A stretch of DNA of 64,000 nt from Bdellovibrionota bacterium FG-1 (GTDB taxonomy: Bacteria > Bdellovibrionota > UBA1018), in NCBI GenBank assembly GCA_051382295.1, contig JBBCAW010000005.1, positions 32,001-96,000 on the forward strand, read 5' to 3'. Below are positions 9,970 through 19,179 of this stretch, piece after piece. The position numbers and the translations under genes are program-made. Every line of letters begins with the position of its first letter. The first letter of the stretch is position 1. The notes under the pieces were generated by a model. That model made no database searches, was not told the DNA's origin, and worked only from the letters and a program-made list of their open reading frames with translations.

Positions 9970-10932
9970 ATGAAAACCCGCGTTCGTTTCCTGAGTTTTG
10001 TATTCGCACTGATTGCGGCAACCTCGGCGCAAGCCAACCTGATTTGGCCATCCTTGTCCCCGTCTTTAGCCTCTCCGCTGTTTCAGATTTTTGGGACGGA
10101 TGATTATCGAATCGGGGACCAGTGGGGTAAGCATGCGGTCACTCAAGCTGAAATAGATGTCGGTGGGGCTGTTTTTCGGCGAGTGGCGCTCGCGACCGCA
10201 AAATACGGAAGTGGTGGAACCGCCTTTTACCTGGGTAAATTTAACGGACTTCATGTGATGGCGACCAACTATCACGTCATGGAAGCTTTCGGTTGCGATG
10301 GGTCTCCAGTCAAATTTCCTTTTACGGGTAAGAATTTCACGTGCTCAAAACTTTTTGGGCTTTGGACCGATATTGATCTCTCACTCTTTGCGATTCCGGT
10401 CTCTGCCGGGGATGAAGCCACGCTTTTGGGCTTAGGCCGTAACTTTGACTTCGATGCCAAAATTTATCCGGGGCAGAAGCTCCTGACCCTTGGTTTTGGG
10501 ATCGCCGGAAACCCTGCGGGCAAGCTGATGGCAAATCAAGACGACGACTGCAAGGTGTTCTCGCAGGCCGATGATTATCGTTTCATGGGCGATCCGGACG
10601 AGTACAATCCCGGCCCCTATAAGGCCTGGTCGTTCGCTAACGGGTGTGATGTTTCGCACGGCGACTCGGGATCCTCGTTCGTTGACCGGGAGACTGGCCA
10701 GGTCGTGGGGATCGTCTGGACCGGCCGGGTGCCAAAATCTCCTGAAGTTCAAAGTTCGAAATACCTGGGAGAGATGCTGAAAGTTCAAAGTTCAAAAATC
10801 TGGACCGAATTGACCTACACGGTCCCTGCTCCGAAAATCCGTGAAAAGCTTAAAGAAATCATTGCCAACGGCTCCCTGGATGAGCTCAGTCGCAAAACCC
10901 TAGAAGCCGTGATCGGCAACCGGACGGAGTGA
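9970..10932 (+). CDS. Secreted trypsin-like serine protease
   Basis: AQA signal peptide; TNYHV, DIDL, HGDSGS. Confidence 0.85.
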   Translation: MKTRVRFLSFVFALIAATSAQANLIWPSLSPSLASPLFQIFGTDDYRIGDQWGKHAVTQAEIDVGGAVFRRVALATAKYGSGGTAFYLGKFNGLHVMATNYHVMEAFGCDGSPVKFPFTGKNFTCSKLFGLWTDIDLSLFAIPVSAGDEATLLGLGRNFDFDAKIYPGQKLLTLGFGIAGNPAGKLMANQDDDCKVFSQADDYRFMGDPDEYNPGPYKAWSFANGCDVSHGDSGSSFVDRETGQVVGIVWTGRVPKSPEVQSSKYLGEMLKVQSSKIWTELTYTVPAPKIREKLKEIIANGSLDELSRKTLEAVIGNRTE

Positions 10933-11067
10933 GTCCAGAGCCTGCAGACTGTCTAAGGTAGGATGGACTGTCTCATCTTTAGACAGGTTCGTAGTTTGAT
11001 TTCAGGGGTTGGCTTTTTTGGCTCTAGTGAGATCGGGTACTTTGCGCATTAAGTCCTGTAAAAGTTT

Positions 11068-11083
11068 CGGCATCGGCCTTGCT
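11068..11083 (+). promoter_or_regulatory. Putative sigma-54 promoter upstream of carD
   Basis: CGGCAT-N5-TTGCT; palindrome CTGTCT-N7-AGACAG at 10968-10986 upstream. Confidence 0.6.
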
Positions 11084-11113
11084 TTAGGGCGCTCGACTGA
11101 TCATGGAGTCAGT

Positions 11114-11143
11114 TTGACAAAATGGGATTGCGCATGATATGGT
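11114..11143 (+). promoter_or_regulatory. Putative sigma-70 promoter of carD-cysS
   Basis: TTGACA-N18-TATGGT with TGn extension. Confidence 0.5.
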
Positions 11144-11249
11144 CTCGCGCGGTCAAAATTTTGCGCTCAGGTCTGCGTCAAGTTTCGATTCAGGTTTGAA
11201 GCGGCTTTATATTTTTTCATCAGGGTTTTGTCCAGCATCGGAGGTTTTG

Positions 11250-11732
11250 ATGTTCAAAGTAGGCGATAACGCAGTTTATCCAGCTCACGGCGTGGCAGTC
11301 ATTAAGCGTATTGAAGAAAAGGAAGTAGGGGGAAAGAAGAAGAGATTTTATGTTCTTCAGGTCGTCGATAACCAAATGACGATTATGGTCCCTACGGATA
11401 ATGTGGCTTCTGTGGGACTACGCGAAATTATTTCTAATAAAGACGTTAAGACCGTCTACGATATTCTGAAAGAACGGAATGTCAAAATCGACCAGACCAC
11501 CTGGAACCGTCGTTACCGTGAATACATGGAAAAGATCAAGACGGGCTCGATTTTTGAAATCGCTGAAGTTTTGCGAAATCTTTTCTTACTCAGGCACAGT
11601 AAAGATCTCTCCTTTGGTGAACGTAAGATGTTGGATCAAGCCAAGCACTTGCTCGTCAAAGAGATTTCTTTGGCCAAAAACACTCAAGAAGATCAAATCG
11701 AACAGGAAATTCAGACTATTTTCGCGAGCTGA
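11250..11732 (+). CDS. carD: CarD/CdnL-family RNA polymerase-binding regulator
   Basis: MFKVGD.AVYPAHGV, WNRRYRE; GGAGG RBS. Confidence 0.93.
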   Translation: MFKVGDNAVYPAHGVAVIKRIEEKEVGGKKKRFYVLQVVDNQMTIMVPTDNVASVGLREIISNKDVKTVYDILKERNVKIDQTTWNRRYREYMEKIKTGSIFEIAEVLRNLFLLRHSKDLSFGERKMLDQAKHLLVKEISLAKNTQEDQIEQEIQTIFAS

Positions 11733-13246
11733 TGAACACTGTGATTCGTCCGATCAAACTGACCAACACGCTTACGGGAAAAAAGGAGCTATTTGAGCCC
11801 CGAGAACCTGGTAAGGTGAGTCTTTATTCATGCGGACCCACGGTCTACAACTATATCCATATCGGTAATCTGCGGGGTGGACTCGTAGCGGATTTGTTTT
11901 ACCGTTATTTTAAGCGGGTTGGGTACGACGTTAATTACGTACGTAATTACACCGATGTGGATGATAAAATCATCAAGCGGGCGAACGAAGAAGGGATTTC
12001 CGCCGAGGCGGTTTCGAAAAAATACATTCAGGAAGTCGAAAAGGATTACGCGGCTTCGGGGATGCTTGAACCTACCCATAAGCCGACAGTCACGGACCAT
12101 ATGGTTGAAATCATTGCGCTGATTGAGCGGCTGATTGCCAATGGTCATGCTTATGTGATCGAATCCGGCGAAGTCTTGTATTCGATCGAAAAATTTGATG
12201 GCTACGGTAAGCTTTCACATAAGCAGCCTGAGGATCTCGTGGCGGGGATGCGGGTGGATGTGAACGAAAAGAAGAAAAGCCCCCTTGATTTTGCACTGTG
12301 GAAACCTGCCAAGCCCGGCGAACCGGCTTGGGAAAGTCCGTGGGGTAAAGGGCGGCCGGGGTGGCATATTGAATGCTCGGCCATGTCGAGTCGTTGGATC
12401 GGTGATCAGATTGATGTGCACCATGGCGGCGAAGATTTGATTTTTCCGCATCATGAAAATGAAATCGCGCAAAGCGAGGGCGCGAGTGGCCATGCACCTT
12501 TTGTGCGCTATTGGTTACACCATGCTTTTCTAACCCTTTCTAAAACGAAGATGTCCAAGAGCTTGGGCAACGTTTTCACCGCGCGTGATTTTTTGATAAA
12601 ATTTTCGGGCGAGTTCGCACGTTTTCTTCTTTTGGGGGTCCATTATCGGTCGCCCATTGATTTTGACGATCATGTGGTCGAACAGACCATGACCGGGCTG
12701 CAGCGGATTTACGAGGCTAAAGCCAAAGCGCAGCAGGTGGCTAAACAGGTTCGGGCTCATGCAGATCTTCGGGCCGAAGGGGCTTGGGGCGCGTTTCTGG
12801 CCTCAAGCGAGAAAGCGCGCACAGAGATTGATGAATGCTACGCCAATGATTTCAATACTGCAGGAGCGCTGGCAGCGCTGTTTACACTGATCCGTGAGTT
12901 TAACCGGACCCTGGCAGAACCTCTCGGACAGGCCACTCCTGCGGCCGTTTTAGGCGCCACCGAACTTTTGCGGGTGATCGAAGATGATATTGGCGGCATG
13001 ATCGGTATCGGCCGGCAGGATCCGACGTACGCGCTTGAGGATTTGGCACGAATCAAGGCGGAACGTGCGACAGCCGGGGGAAGCACGCTTCCGACTGAAG
13101 CCGAAATTTTGCAGGGGATCGAAGATCGCAAAACTGCCCGCGCGTCTAAAGATTTTGCCAAGGCTGATCAAATTCGCAAGGATTTAGAGGCCCGCGGAGT
13201 ACTGCTGAAGGACGGACCCCAGGGGACGAGTTGGTCCTATAAATAG
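11732..13246 (+). CDS. cysS: Cysteine--tRNA ligase
   Basis: CGPTVY...HIGN, GRPGWHIECSAM, KMSKS. Confidence 0.97.
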   Translation: MNTVIRPIKLTNTLTGKKELFEPREPGKVSLYSCGPTVYNYIHIGNLRGGLVADLFYRYFKRVGYDVNYVRNYTDVDDKIIKRANEEGISAEAVSKKYIQEVEKDYAASGMLEPTHKPTVTDHMVEIIALIERLIANGHAYVIESGEVLYSIEKFDGYGKLSHKQPEDLVAGMRVDVNEKKKSPLDFALWKPAKPGEPAWESPWGKGRPGWHIECSAMSSRWIGDQIDVHHGGEDLIFPHHENEIAQSEGASGHAPFVRYWLHHAFLTLSKTKMSKSLGNVFTARDFLIKFSGEFARFLLLGVHYRSPIDFDDHVVEQTMTGLQRIYEAKAKAQQVAKQVRAHADLRAEGAWGAFLASSEKARTEIDECYANDFNTAGALAALFTLIREFNRTLAEPLGQATPAAVLGATELLRVIEDDIGGMIGIGRQDPTYALEDLARIKAERATAGGSTLPTEAEILQGIEDRKTARASKDFAKADQIRKDLEARGVLLKDGPQGTSWSYK

Positions 13247-13251
13247 CATGC

Positions 13252-13373
13252 AGCTAGTCAGCCATCAGCTAACAGCAATCAGCTTTTTAAACGCAATCAA
13301 AGACGTGTATTACTGCTAGACGGATGTAATTTTTCGTCTTAGCTGACGCCTGTTCGCTGATGGCTGATTAGCT
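13252..13373. repeat. 24-bp inverted repeat of TCAGC-type heptamers between convergent cysS and relA
   Basis: AGCTAGTCAGCCATCAGCTAACAG (13252-13275) matches the reverse complement of 13350-13373 at 22/24. Confidence 0.8.
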
Positions 13374-13382
13374 ACCCTCGCT

Positions 13383-15572
13383 TTAAGAGCGTACCCGTTC
13401 GACCGAAATGACCCCTCGTTTGCTTTCCAGGGCGCTTTGAACTTTGTGTAACTGCGAGATATCGCTCACCTCGATATCAAAAAGCGCGATGGCTTTTTTG
13501 TCCTTAGTGGTGCGGATATTGGCTGATGAAATATTTACGCCGCACGCCGAGAGGGTCTGAGACATCAGGGCAAGCAAGCCGGGCTCATCCAAGGTGAGTA
13601 CTCGAATTCGAACGTGCCGCCGCATGACGCCTTTGTCGGGTTGGTTCCATTGCACGTCCACGCGGCGCTCTTGGTCGTTGTCGATCGCCTTGGTGCAAGT
13701 GACAGTGTGGACCGTGACCCCACGACCTCGGGTAATAAAACCAACAATGCTGTCGCCCGGAAGCGGAGAGCAGCATCGGCCGAAGCGGATGAGTATGTCA
13801 TCCAGATTGGCCACGGTAATCGCATTGCGGGTTTCGCTGCGTCGAGTGGCGGCCTTGAAAACCTTTTTGAGAAAACTCTCATCCTCGGCCTTGGCATCTT
13901 CTACGGTGTGCTCAAGCGCCTCTTTGGGTACTAAGTAAGGAATAACGTGTTCGGTTTGGGTGCGGCCATAACCAATTCGGATCGCCATCTCATCGACGGT
14001 CTTAAAACCCAGGGCCTGCGCGGCCTTGAGGAGCTCGCCTGATTTTTCGACTCGATTGACGGACATCGAATAGGGCTTGAGCGCCTTATCCAGAAGTTCA
14101 CGCCCGATTTCCATGGCTTTAAGACGCTCTTGGATTTTGATGTGAGCGCGAATTTTGGCCTTGGCGCGCGAACTGCGCACGATCTTGAGCCAGTCCTTGG
14201 AGGGTTCTTGCGTGGGTGAGGTGATGATCTCGACTGTATCTCCTGATTTGAGGCGGTGTTTGAGCTGGACGATCTTGCCGTTTACCTTGGCGCCGACGCA
14301 TTTGTGGCCAACGTCCGTGTGGACAGAATAGGCAAAGTCGAGTGGCGTGGCGCCGTGGGAAAGCTGCTTGACCTGTCCTTTGGGCGTGAACACGAAAACA
14401 TCTTCTGCAAAAAGGTCAATTTTAACGGTTTCTAAAAACTCGTTCGGGTCCGAAAGATCTTTGTGCCACTCCAGCAGGCGGTTAACCCATTCCACGTTTT
14501 CGTGCGAGTGAGAATCGAATTTGCCTTCTTTGTACTTCCAATGCGCGGCGATCCCCTTTTCTGCCACCTGGTCCATATCATTGGTGCGAATCTGGATTTC
14601 AATGCGCTCGCCTGAGGGACCAATCACGGTGGTGTGGAGCGATTGATAGCTATTGGCCTTGGGCATGGCGATGTAGTCTTTGAAACGCCCAGGAACGGGC
14701 TTGTAGGTGGCATGGATCACCCCCAAAGACTTGTAGCATTCGGTGATATTGTCCACGACGATTCGAAAAGCGATGAGATCGTAGATATCCTCGTAGTCCG
14801 TTTGACGACGCTCCATTTTTTTGAAAATAGAGTAGAAATGTTTGGCCCGTCCGCCAACCGTGGCCTTGATGTCGTATTCGCCCAGTTTTTCGAGGATAAT
14901 ATCACAAACCTCGTCAGTGTACTTGTCTCGCTCGATTTTCTTCTTGGTGACTTTTTGCGCCAAGCGATAGTAGACGTCCGGATGGAGGTAGCGGAGGCAA
15001 AGATCTTCTAGTTCTATCCTGAGCCAGCCAATACCCAGGCGATTAGCGATCGGGGCGTAGATTTCCAGGGTTTCCTGGGCGATCATTTTTTGCTTATAGG
15101 GAATTAAATGCTCGAGCGTCTGCATGTTGTTGAGGCGGTCAGCCAGCTTGACCAGGATGACCCGAATATCCTTGGCCATGGCGAGGATCATTTTTCTGAA
15201 GTTCTCGGCCTGTTTTTCTTCTGAGGTTTTGAACGTGATTTTTGAAAGCTTAGTGACGCCATCGACGAGTTCGGCGATGTGCTTGCCGAATTCCTCTTCG
15301 ATTTGCACCAGTGTCGTCGAGGTATCCTCGACGGTATCATGGAGTAGTCCGGCCGCGATGCTGGGGATATCCATCTTCAAATCCGCGAGGGTTTGAGCTA
15401 CTTCAGTGGGGTGGGTCATATAGGGATCGCCGCTGGAGCGCAGCTGGCCTTGGTGCGCGCGTTCGGCGACTTCATAGGCTTTGCGGACGAGGTCGAGTTT
15501 GGCATCGGGATAGTAGCTGGAGATTCTACTGCAAATGGATGCGATCGTGGCTTGGGGCTTTTTTTTGGCCAT
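13383..15572 (-). CDS. relA: Bifunctional (p)ppGpp synthetase/hydrolase
   Basis: HDTVED HD domain, RFKD, EIQIRT, TGS and ACT domains. Confidence 0.96.
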   Translation of the reverse strand: MAKKKPQATIASICSRISSYYPDAKLDLVRKAYEVAERAHQGQLRSSGDPYMTHPTEVAQTLADLKMDIPSIAAGLLHDTVEDTSTTLVQIEEEFGKHIAELVDGVTKLSKITFKTSEEKQAENFRKMILAMAKDIRVILVKLADRLNNMQTLEHLIPYKQKMIAQETLEIYAPIANRLGIGWLRIELEDLCLRYLHPDVYYRLAQKVTKKKIERDKYTDEVCDIILEKLGEYDIKATVGGRAKHFYSIFKKMERRQTDYEDIYDLIAFRIVVDNITECYKSLGVIHATYKPVPGRFKDYIAMPKANSYQSLHTTVIGPSGERIEIQIRTNDMDQVAEKGIAAHWKYKEGKFDSHSHENVEWVNRLLEWHKDLSDPNEFLETVKIDLFAEDVFVFTPKGQVKQLSHGATPLDFAYSVHTDVGHKCVGAKVNGKIVQLKHRLKSGDTVEIITSPTQEPSKDWLKIVRSSRAKAKIRAHIKIQERLKAMEIGRELLDKALKPYSMSVNRVEKSGELLKAAQALGFKTVDEMAIRIGYGRTQTEHVIPYLVPKEALEHTVEDAKAEDESFLKKVFKAATRRSETRNAITVANLDDILIRFGRCCSPLPGDSIVGFITRGRGVTVHTVTCTKAIDNDQERRVDVQWNQPDKGVMRRHVRIRVLTLDEPGLLALMSQTLSACGVNISSANIRTTKDKKAIALFDIEVSDISQLHKVQSALESKRGVISVERVRS

Positions 15573-16150
15573 TAGGCGAGGGCCTCCGCTCGCAGTTGTT
15601 GTGCGACGATGGCCTTGAGCTTCCGATAGGCGGTTTCGAGCTGGTCGTTCACGACCACTTGGTGAAATTCAGAAATGCGCTCCATTTCGGTTGCAGCATT
15701 GTGGATTCTTTTTTGAATAGTTTGTTCGCTGTCGGTCTTTCGGGCGCGCAGGCGGGCTTCGAGGATCTCAATGCTGGGCGGGGCGATAAAGACGGTAAAA
15801 CATTGCGTTGGGTAGGCCGTTCGCAGGCTCGCTGATCCTTGAACGTCGATGTCGAGCAGAACTGATTTTTCATGATGAAAGGCTTTTTCGATGACATCTT
15901 TGGAGGTGCCATAATAGTTGCCGTGAACTAAAGCCCATTCCGCAAATCTTCCCGCCCGGATTTGAGATTCGAATTCCTCTTTTGAAAGAAAAAAATACTC
16001 CCGGCCGTGAGTTTCTGCTCCGCGAGGTGGGCGAGTGGTGCACGAGATAGAAAGGACGAGTTCGGAAAAATCCTCAAGAAGACGCTGACACAGGGTCGTT
16101 TTTCCGGCACCTGAGGGGGCTGAGATGACGATGAGTTTACTTTGGCTCAT
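15572..16150 (-). CDS. gmk: Guanylate kinase
   Basis: SAPSGAGKT, TTRPPR, YYGT, DIDVQG. Confidence 0.96.
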   Translation of the reverse strand: MSQSKLIVISAPSGAGKTTLCQRLLEDFSELVLSISCTTRPPRGAETHGREYFFLSKEEFESQIRAGRFAEWALVHGNYYGTSKDVIEKAFHHEKSVLLDIDVQGSASLRTAYPTQCFTVFIAPPSIEILEARLRARKTDSEQTIQKRIHNAATEMERISEFHQVVVNDQLETAYRKLKAIVAQQLRAEALA

Positions 16151-16194
16151 TCTAGGTCCTTTGCTTTGAGTCATCCGCCTATGATAGCCTAAAA

Positions 16195-17205
16195 TCAGCC
16201 CGACGTATCGGGTGCATGTGCGAGCGCCGCTTGACCCATTGCGCGAAATTTTTCAGTGCGGTCCATGATGAGTTTTTTCGGCGATTTTTTGGCGTTTGCT
16301 TTGGCTTGCTTGATGAGAGGGTTTAAATGCTGAGCGATGCCCTCTTTTAAAAGACTGGCCGCCAAATTCCAGTCGCGATGAGCGCCTCCTTGGGGTTCGG
16401 GTAAGATGGCATCAATGACTCCGAGTTTCAGGAGGTCGGTGGGGTTCATTTTGAGACGGTCGGTAGCACGTTCAGCCAGGCTCGAGTCGCTCCATAAAAT
16501 GGCGGCGCAGCTTTCAGGGGAGATGACGGCGTAAGTGCTGTATTCTTGCATTAACACGCGGTTGCCGACCCCGATGGCGAGGGCTCCGCCCGAGCCCCCC
16601 TCTCCAATGACGACGGAAATAATCGGCACATTCAACCCCGCCATGAGGCGAAGGCACTCGGCAATGGCTTGGGATTGGCCTCGCTCCTCAGCTTCAATCC
16701 CAGGATAGGCGCCCGGAGTGTCCATCAGGGTAATCATCGGCATTTTGAATCGTTCGGCCATTTGCATGAGCCGCATGGCTTTGCGATACCCTTCGGGTCT
16801 GGCCATCCCGAAGTTGCGTTCTATTTTTTGTTTGGTGGTTCGGCCTTTTTGGTGCCCCAAAATCATGACCGTGATGTCACCTTTGTCAGTTTTCCAGGTG
16901 GCAGTACCTCCCAAAATCGCCTGGTCATCCCCAAAAGTTCTATCCCCTTGAAGTTCAAGAAAGTCGGGAAAAAGTAGGTCGATATAGTCTCTCGTGTAGG
17001 GGCGGGCGGGATGACGGGAGAGTTGCACGCGTTGCCATGGGGAAAGGTGGGCGTAAGTCTCGTCGATGAGAGTTTCAAGTTTCTTATTTAAGATATTGAT
17101 TTCATTGCTGAAATCTACACCCTCTTGTTTGGCCAATGCGCGTAGGTCCTGAAGTTTTTTTTCTAGGGCGACAATAGGTTTTTCAAATTCAAAAAAAGCT
17201 TCCAT
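16195..17205 (-). CDS. accA: Acetyl-CoA carboxylase carboxyltransferase alpha
   Basis: PEGYRKA, DTPGAYPG, GEGGSGGA. Confidence 0.97.
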   Translation of the reverse strand: MEAFFEFEKPIVALEKKLQDLRALAKQEGVDFSNEINILNKKLETLIDETYAHLSPWQRVQLSRHPARPYTRDYIDLLFPDFLELQGDRTFGDDQAILGGTATWKTDKGDITVMILGHQKGRTTKQKIERNFGMARPEGYRKAMRLMQMAERFKMPMITLMDTPGAYPGIEAEERGQSQAIAECLRLMAGLNVPIISVVIGEGGSGGALAIGVGNRVLMQEYSTYAVISPESCAAILWSDSSLAERATDRLKMNPTDLLKLGVIDAILPEPQGGAHRDWNLAASLLKEGIAQHLNPLIKQAKANAKKSPKKLIMDRTEKFRAMGQAALAHAPDTSG

Positions 17206-17246
17206 GTCCGGGTATTAACATCGATTTTCGGCAAAGGCTCGCGGTT

Positions 17247-17702
17247 TTAGTGGGGGGTCTGCCAACCGGCGACATGACCGCCTTCAAAAAATACGACGCG
17301 ACGTCCGCCCAGTCCCCAGCGGCTAGAGAGGCCCGAAAAATAAGTCCAACGTTGGTTTCCTTCGCGGGAATCCCCGGCGGATTCCACTTGGCTAGGCTGA
17401 CCCCAAAGGGCCATCACTTGGTTCATGGGCATGCCCAACACAAGATGTTCAGCGTAAGTGGTTTGGGCGCGGGCTTCGTCGCCGGTTTCATCGTCGCCAA
17501 AAAGGTCGCCCGATTGGGTCGTAGATTCGGTAGCAGCGGGCCGCGAGTCGGAAGCTGGATTTCGAAAACGAGCGGCAGCCGCAGCGACGGGGTCGGCCCG
17601 TGGGTCGTCCGAATTATCTTTGAGCCCCAAGGCTGCGCATCCGGTGAGGGTGAGAAATAGGGACGAAATGGAAATCCATCGAAAGAGGTGAAACTTCTTC
17701 AT
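17247..17702 (-). CDS. Hypothetical lipoprotein with BamE/SmpA-like C-terminal fold
   Basis: LTGC lipobox; LGM...V...WG.P...W.Y pattern. Confidence 0.7.
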   Translation of the reverse strand: MKKFHLFRWISISSLFLTLTGCAALGLKDNSDDPRADPVAAAAARFRNPASDSRPAATESTTQSGDLFGDDETGDEARAQTTYAEHLVLGMPMNQVMALWGQPSQVESAGDSREGNQRWTYFSGLSSRWGLGGRRVVFFEGGHVAGWQTPH

Positions 17703-17724
17703 ACGGCCTCCATGCCTATAGGGG

Positions 17725-17750
17725 TATCGGCAGGGGGCTGGGGAACTTGA
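17725..17750 (-). promoter_or_regulatory. Putative sigma-28 (FliA) promoter
   Basis: Minus strand TCAA-N15-GCCGATA upstream of the lipoprotein. Confidence 0.65.
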
Positions 17751-17776
17751 AGACAGAGTTTTGACGGATTAAGATG

Positions 17777-19081
17777 TCAAACCTGATAATATTTTTCCGA
17801 CCGCGGCCCCGTAATTTGATGCCGCTTCAGCATTTCAAAAAGGGTGCTTCGGGCAATCCCTAGGGCTTGCGCCGCTCGACCGCGATTTCCGCTCGTGAGT
17901 TTGAGGGCTCTTAAAAGCATAATGCGTTGCATTTCATCCAGTGAAACCACCGGAACTCCTAGTTCCAGTTCGGGTCGAGCGTGGATATGTTCAGGGGTGA
18001 GCAAAAACTCAAAGGCCTTCTCGTCGAGCATGGCGCTATTTGGGGAGGCGAGGCCGCAGGCCCTTTCGACTCCATGGCGGAGTTCTCGAACATTTCCGGG
18101 CCAGGCATGGGCTTGCAGTCGCAGTAGCGCCTGGGCGGAGATGCCCCGTTTGAACTCTTTGGCAAACCGACGGGCTAAAAGGGCGATGTCTTTCGGCCTG
18201 GTGCGCAGCGTAGGAATTTGAATCGTGATCGAGGCTAAGCGGTAGTAGAGATCGCGCCGAAACTTGCCCTGCTCAACGAGCTGGAGCAGGGGATGATGGG
18301 TGGCGCAGAGGAGGCGGACATCCGAATGAGAAATTCGATCAGAGCCGACCGGTCGAATTTCTCCGTCTTCGAGAAAGCGGAGGAGTTTGACTTGAATGTC
18401 CAACGGAAGATCGCCGACTTCGTCCAAAAACAGCGTGCCACCGTGGGCCTGGATCAGCGCGCCGGGGCGATGGTGAGAAGCTCCCGTAAAGGCCCCTTTG
18501 ACGTGGCCAAAAAGCTCGCTTTCGACCAGGGACATCGAGAGCGCCCCACAATGAAGAGGAATAAACGGGCCGGATGCGCGTCCACTCCACGCATGAATGA
18601 GATGGGCGAGAACCTCTTTGCCCGTGCCAGTTTCGCCCGCGAGGTAAATCGAAAGAGGCGTATGCGCCGCTTTTTTTGTCAGCCAAAGGGTTTGCGTTCC
18701 TTCGTCCGTGCAGGTCAGCCAAGGTCGAATATGGGTGGGTTGGTTGGGTTGGGAGCCTAGGTCGGTTTCCCTTTCTAAAGTCAGGCGGGTTTCCCCGACT
18801 CGAATGGGAAGGCCAGCGGGCAGCTGCGCTTCTCGCACAAAAAGATCACCTAATTGTAGAGGTTCCCCCCCTTCTGCGACGCGTAGCCAAAAAGGGGATT
18901 CTTCATTTGCCGCAAAAGCCTTTTGAGGGGGTGTCCAAAGGGTGGCGGCTTCTGCGGGGACTGTCGGGTCGCGCAGCGGGATCGTGGCGGTTTCGCCACG
19001 GCCTAAAATGGCTGATCCTCTCAGGGAGAGAAGACGGGTTTCGCCGGACGGGTCTTGAATTCTGAGTTTCCATTTCATCAT
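17777..19081 (-). CDS. Sigma-54 enhancer-binding protein (FHA-like, AAA+, Fis HTH)
   Basis: GETGTGKE, ESELFGH.KGAFTGA, FLDEV, WPGNVREL, C-terminal HTH. Confidence 0.93.
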   Translation of the reverse strand: MMKWKLRIQDPSGETRLLSLRGSAILGRGETATIPLRDPTVPAEAATLWTPPQKAFAANEESPFWLRVAEGGEPLQLGDLFVREAQLPAGLPIRVGETRLTLERETDLGSQPNQPTHIRPWLTCTDEGTQTLWLTKKAAHTPLSIYLAGETGTGKEVLAHLIHAWSGRASGPFIPLHCGALSMSLVESELFGHVKGAFTGASHHRPGALIQAHGGTLFLDEVGDLPLDIQVKLLRFLEDGEIRPVGSDRISHSDVRLLCATHHPLLQLVEQGKFRRDLYYRLASITIQIPTLRTRPKDIALLARRFAKEFKRGISAQALLRLQAHAWPGNVRELRHGVERACGLASPNSAMLDEKAFEFLLTPEHIHARPELELGVPVVSLDEMQRIMLLRALKLTSGNRGRAAQALGIARSTLFEMLKRHQITGPRSEKYYQV

Positions 19082-19179
19082 AGACTCGCCAAAAGCAACT
19101 TCTGTTCCATCCGCGTTTCATGGCTCGTTCTATTTGCCGGATACGGGGACAACACGGTATACTGGGCAAGAGACAACCC

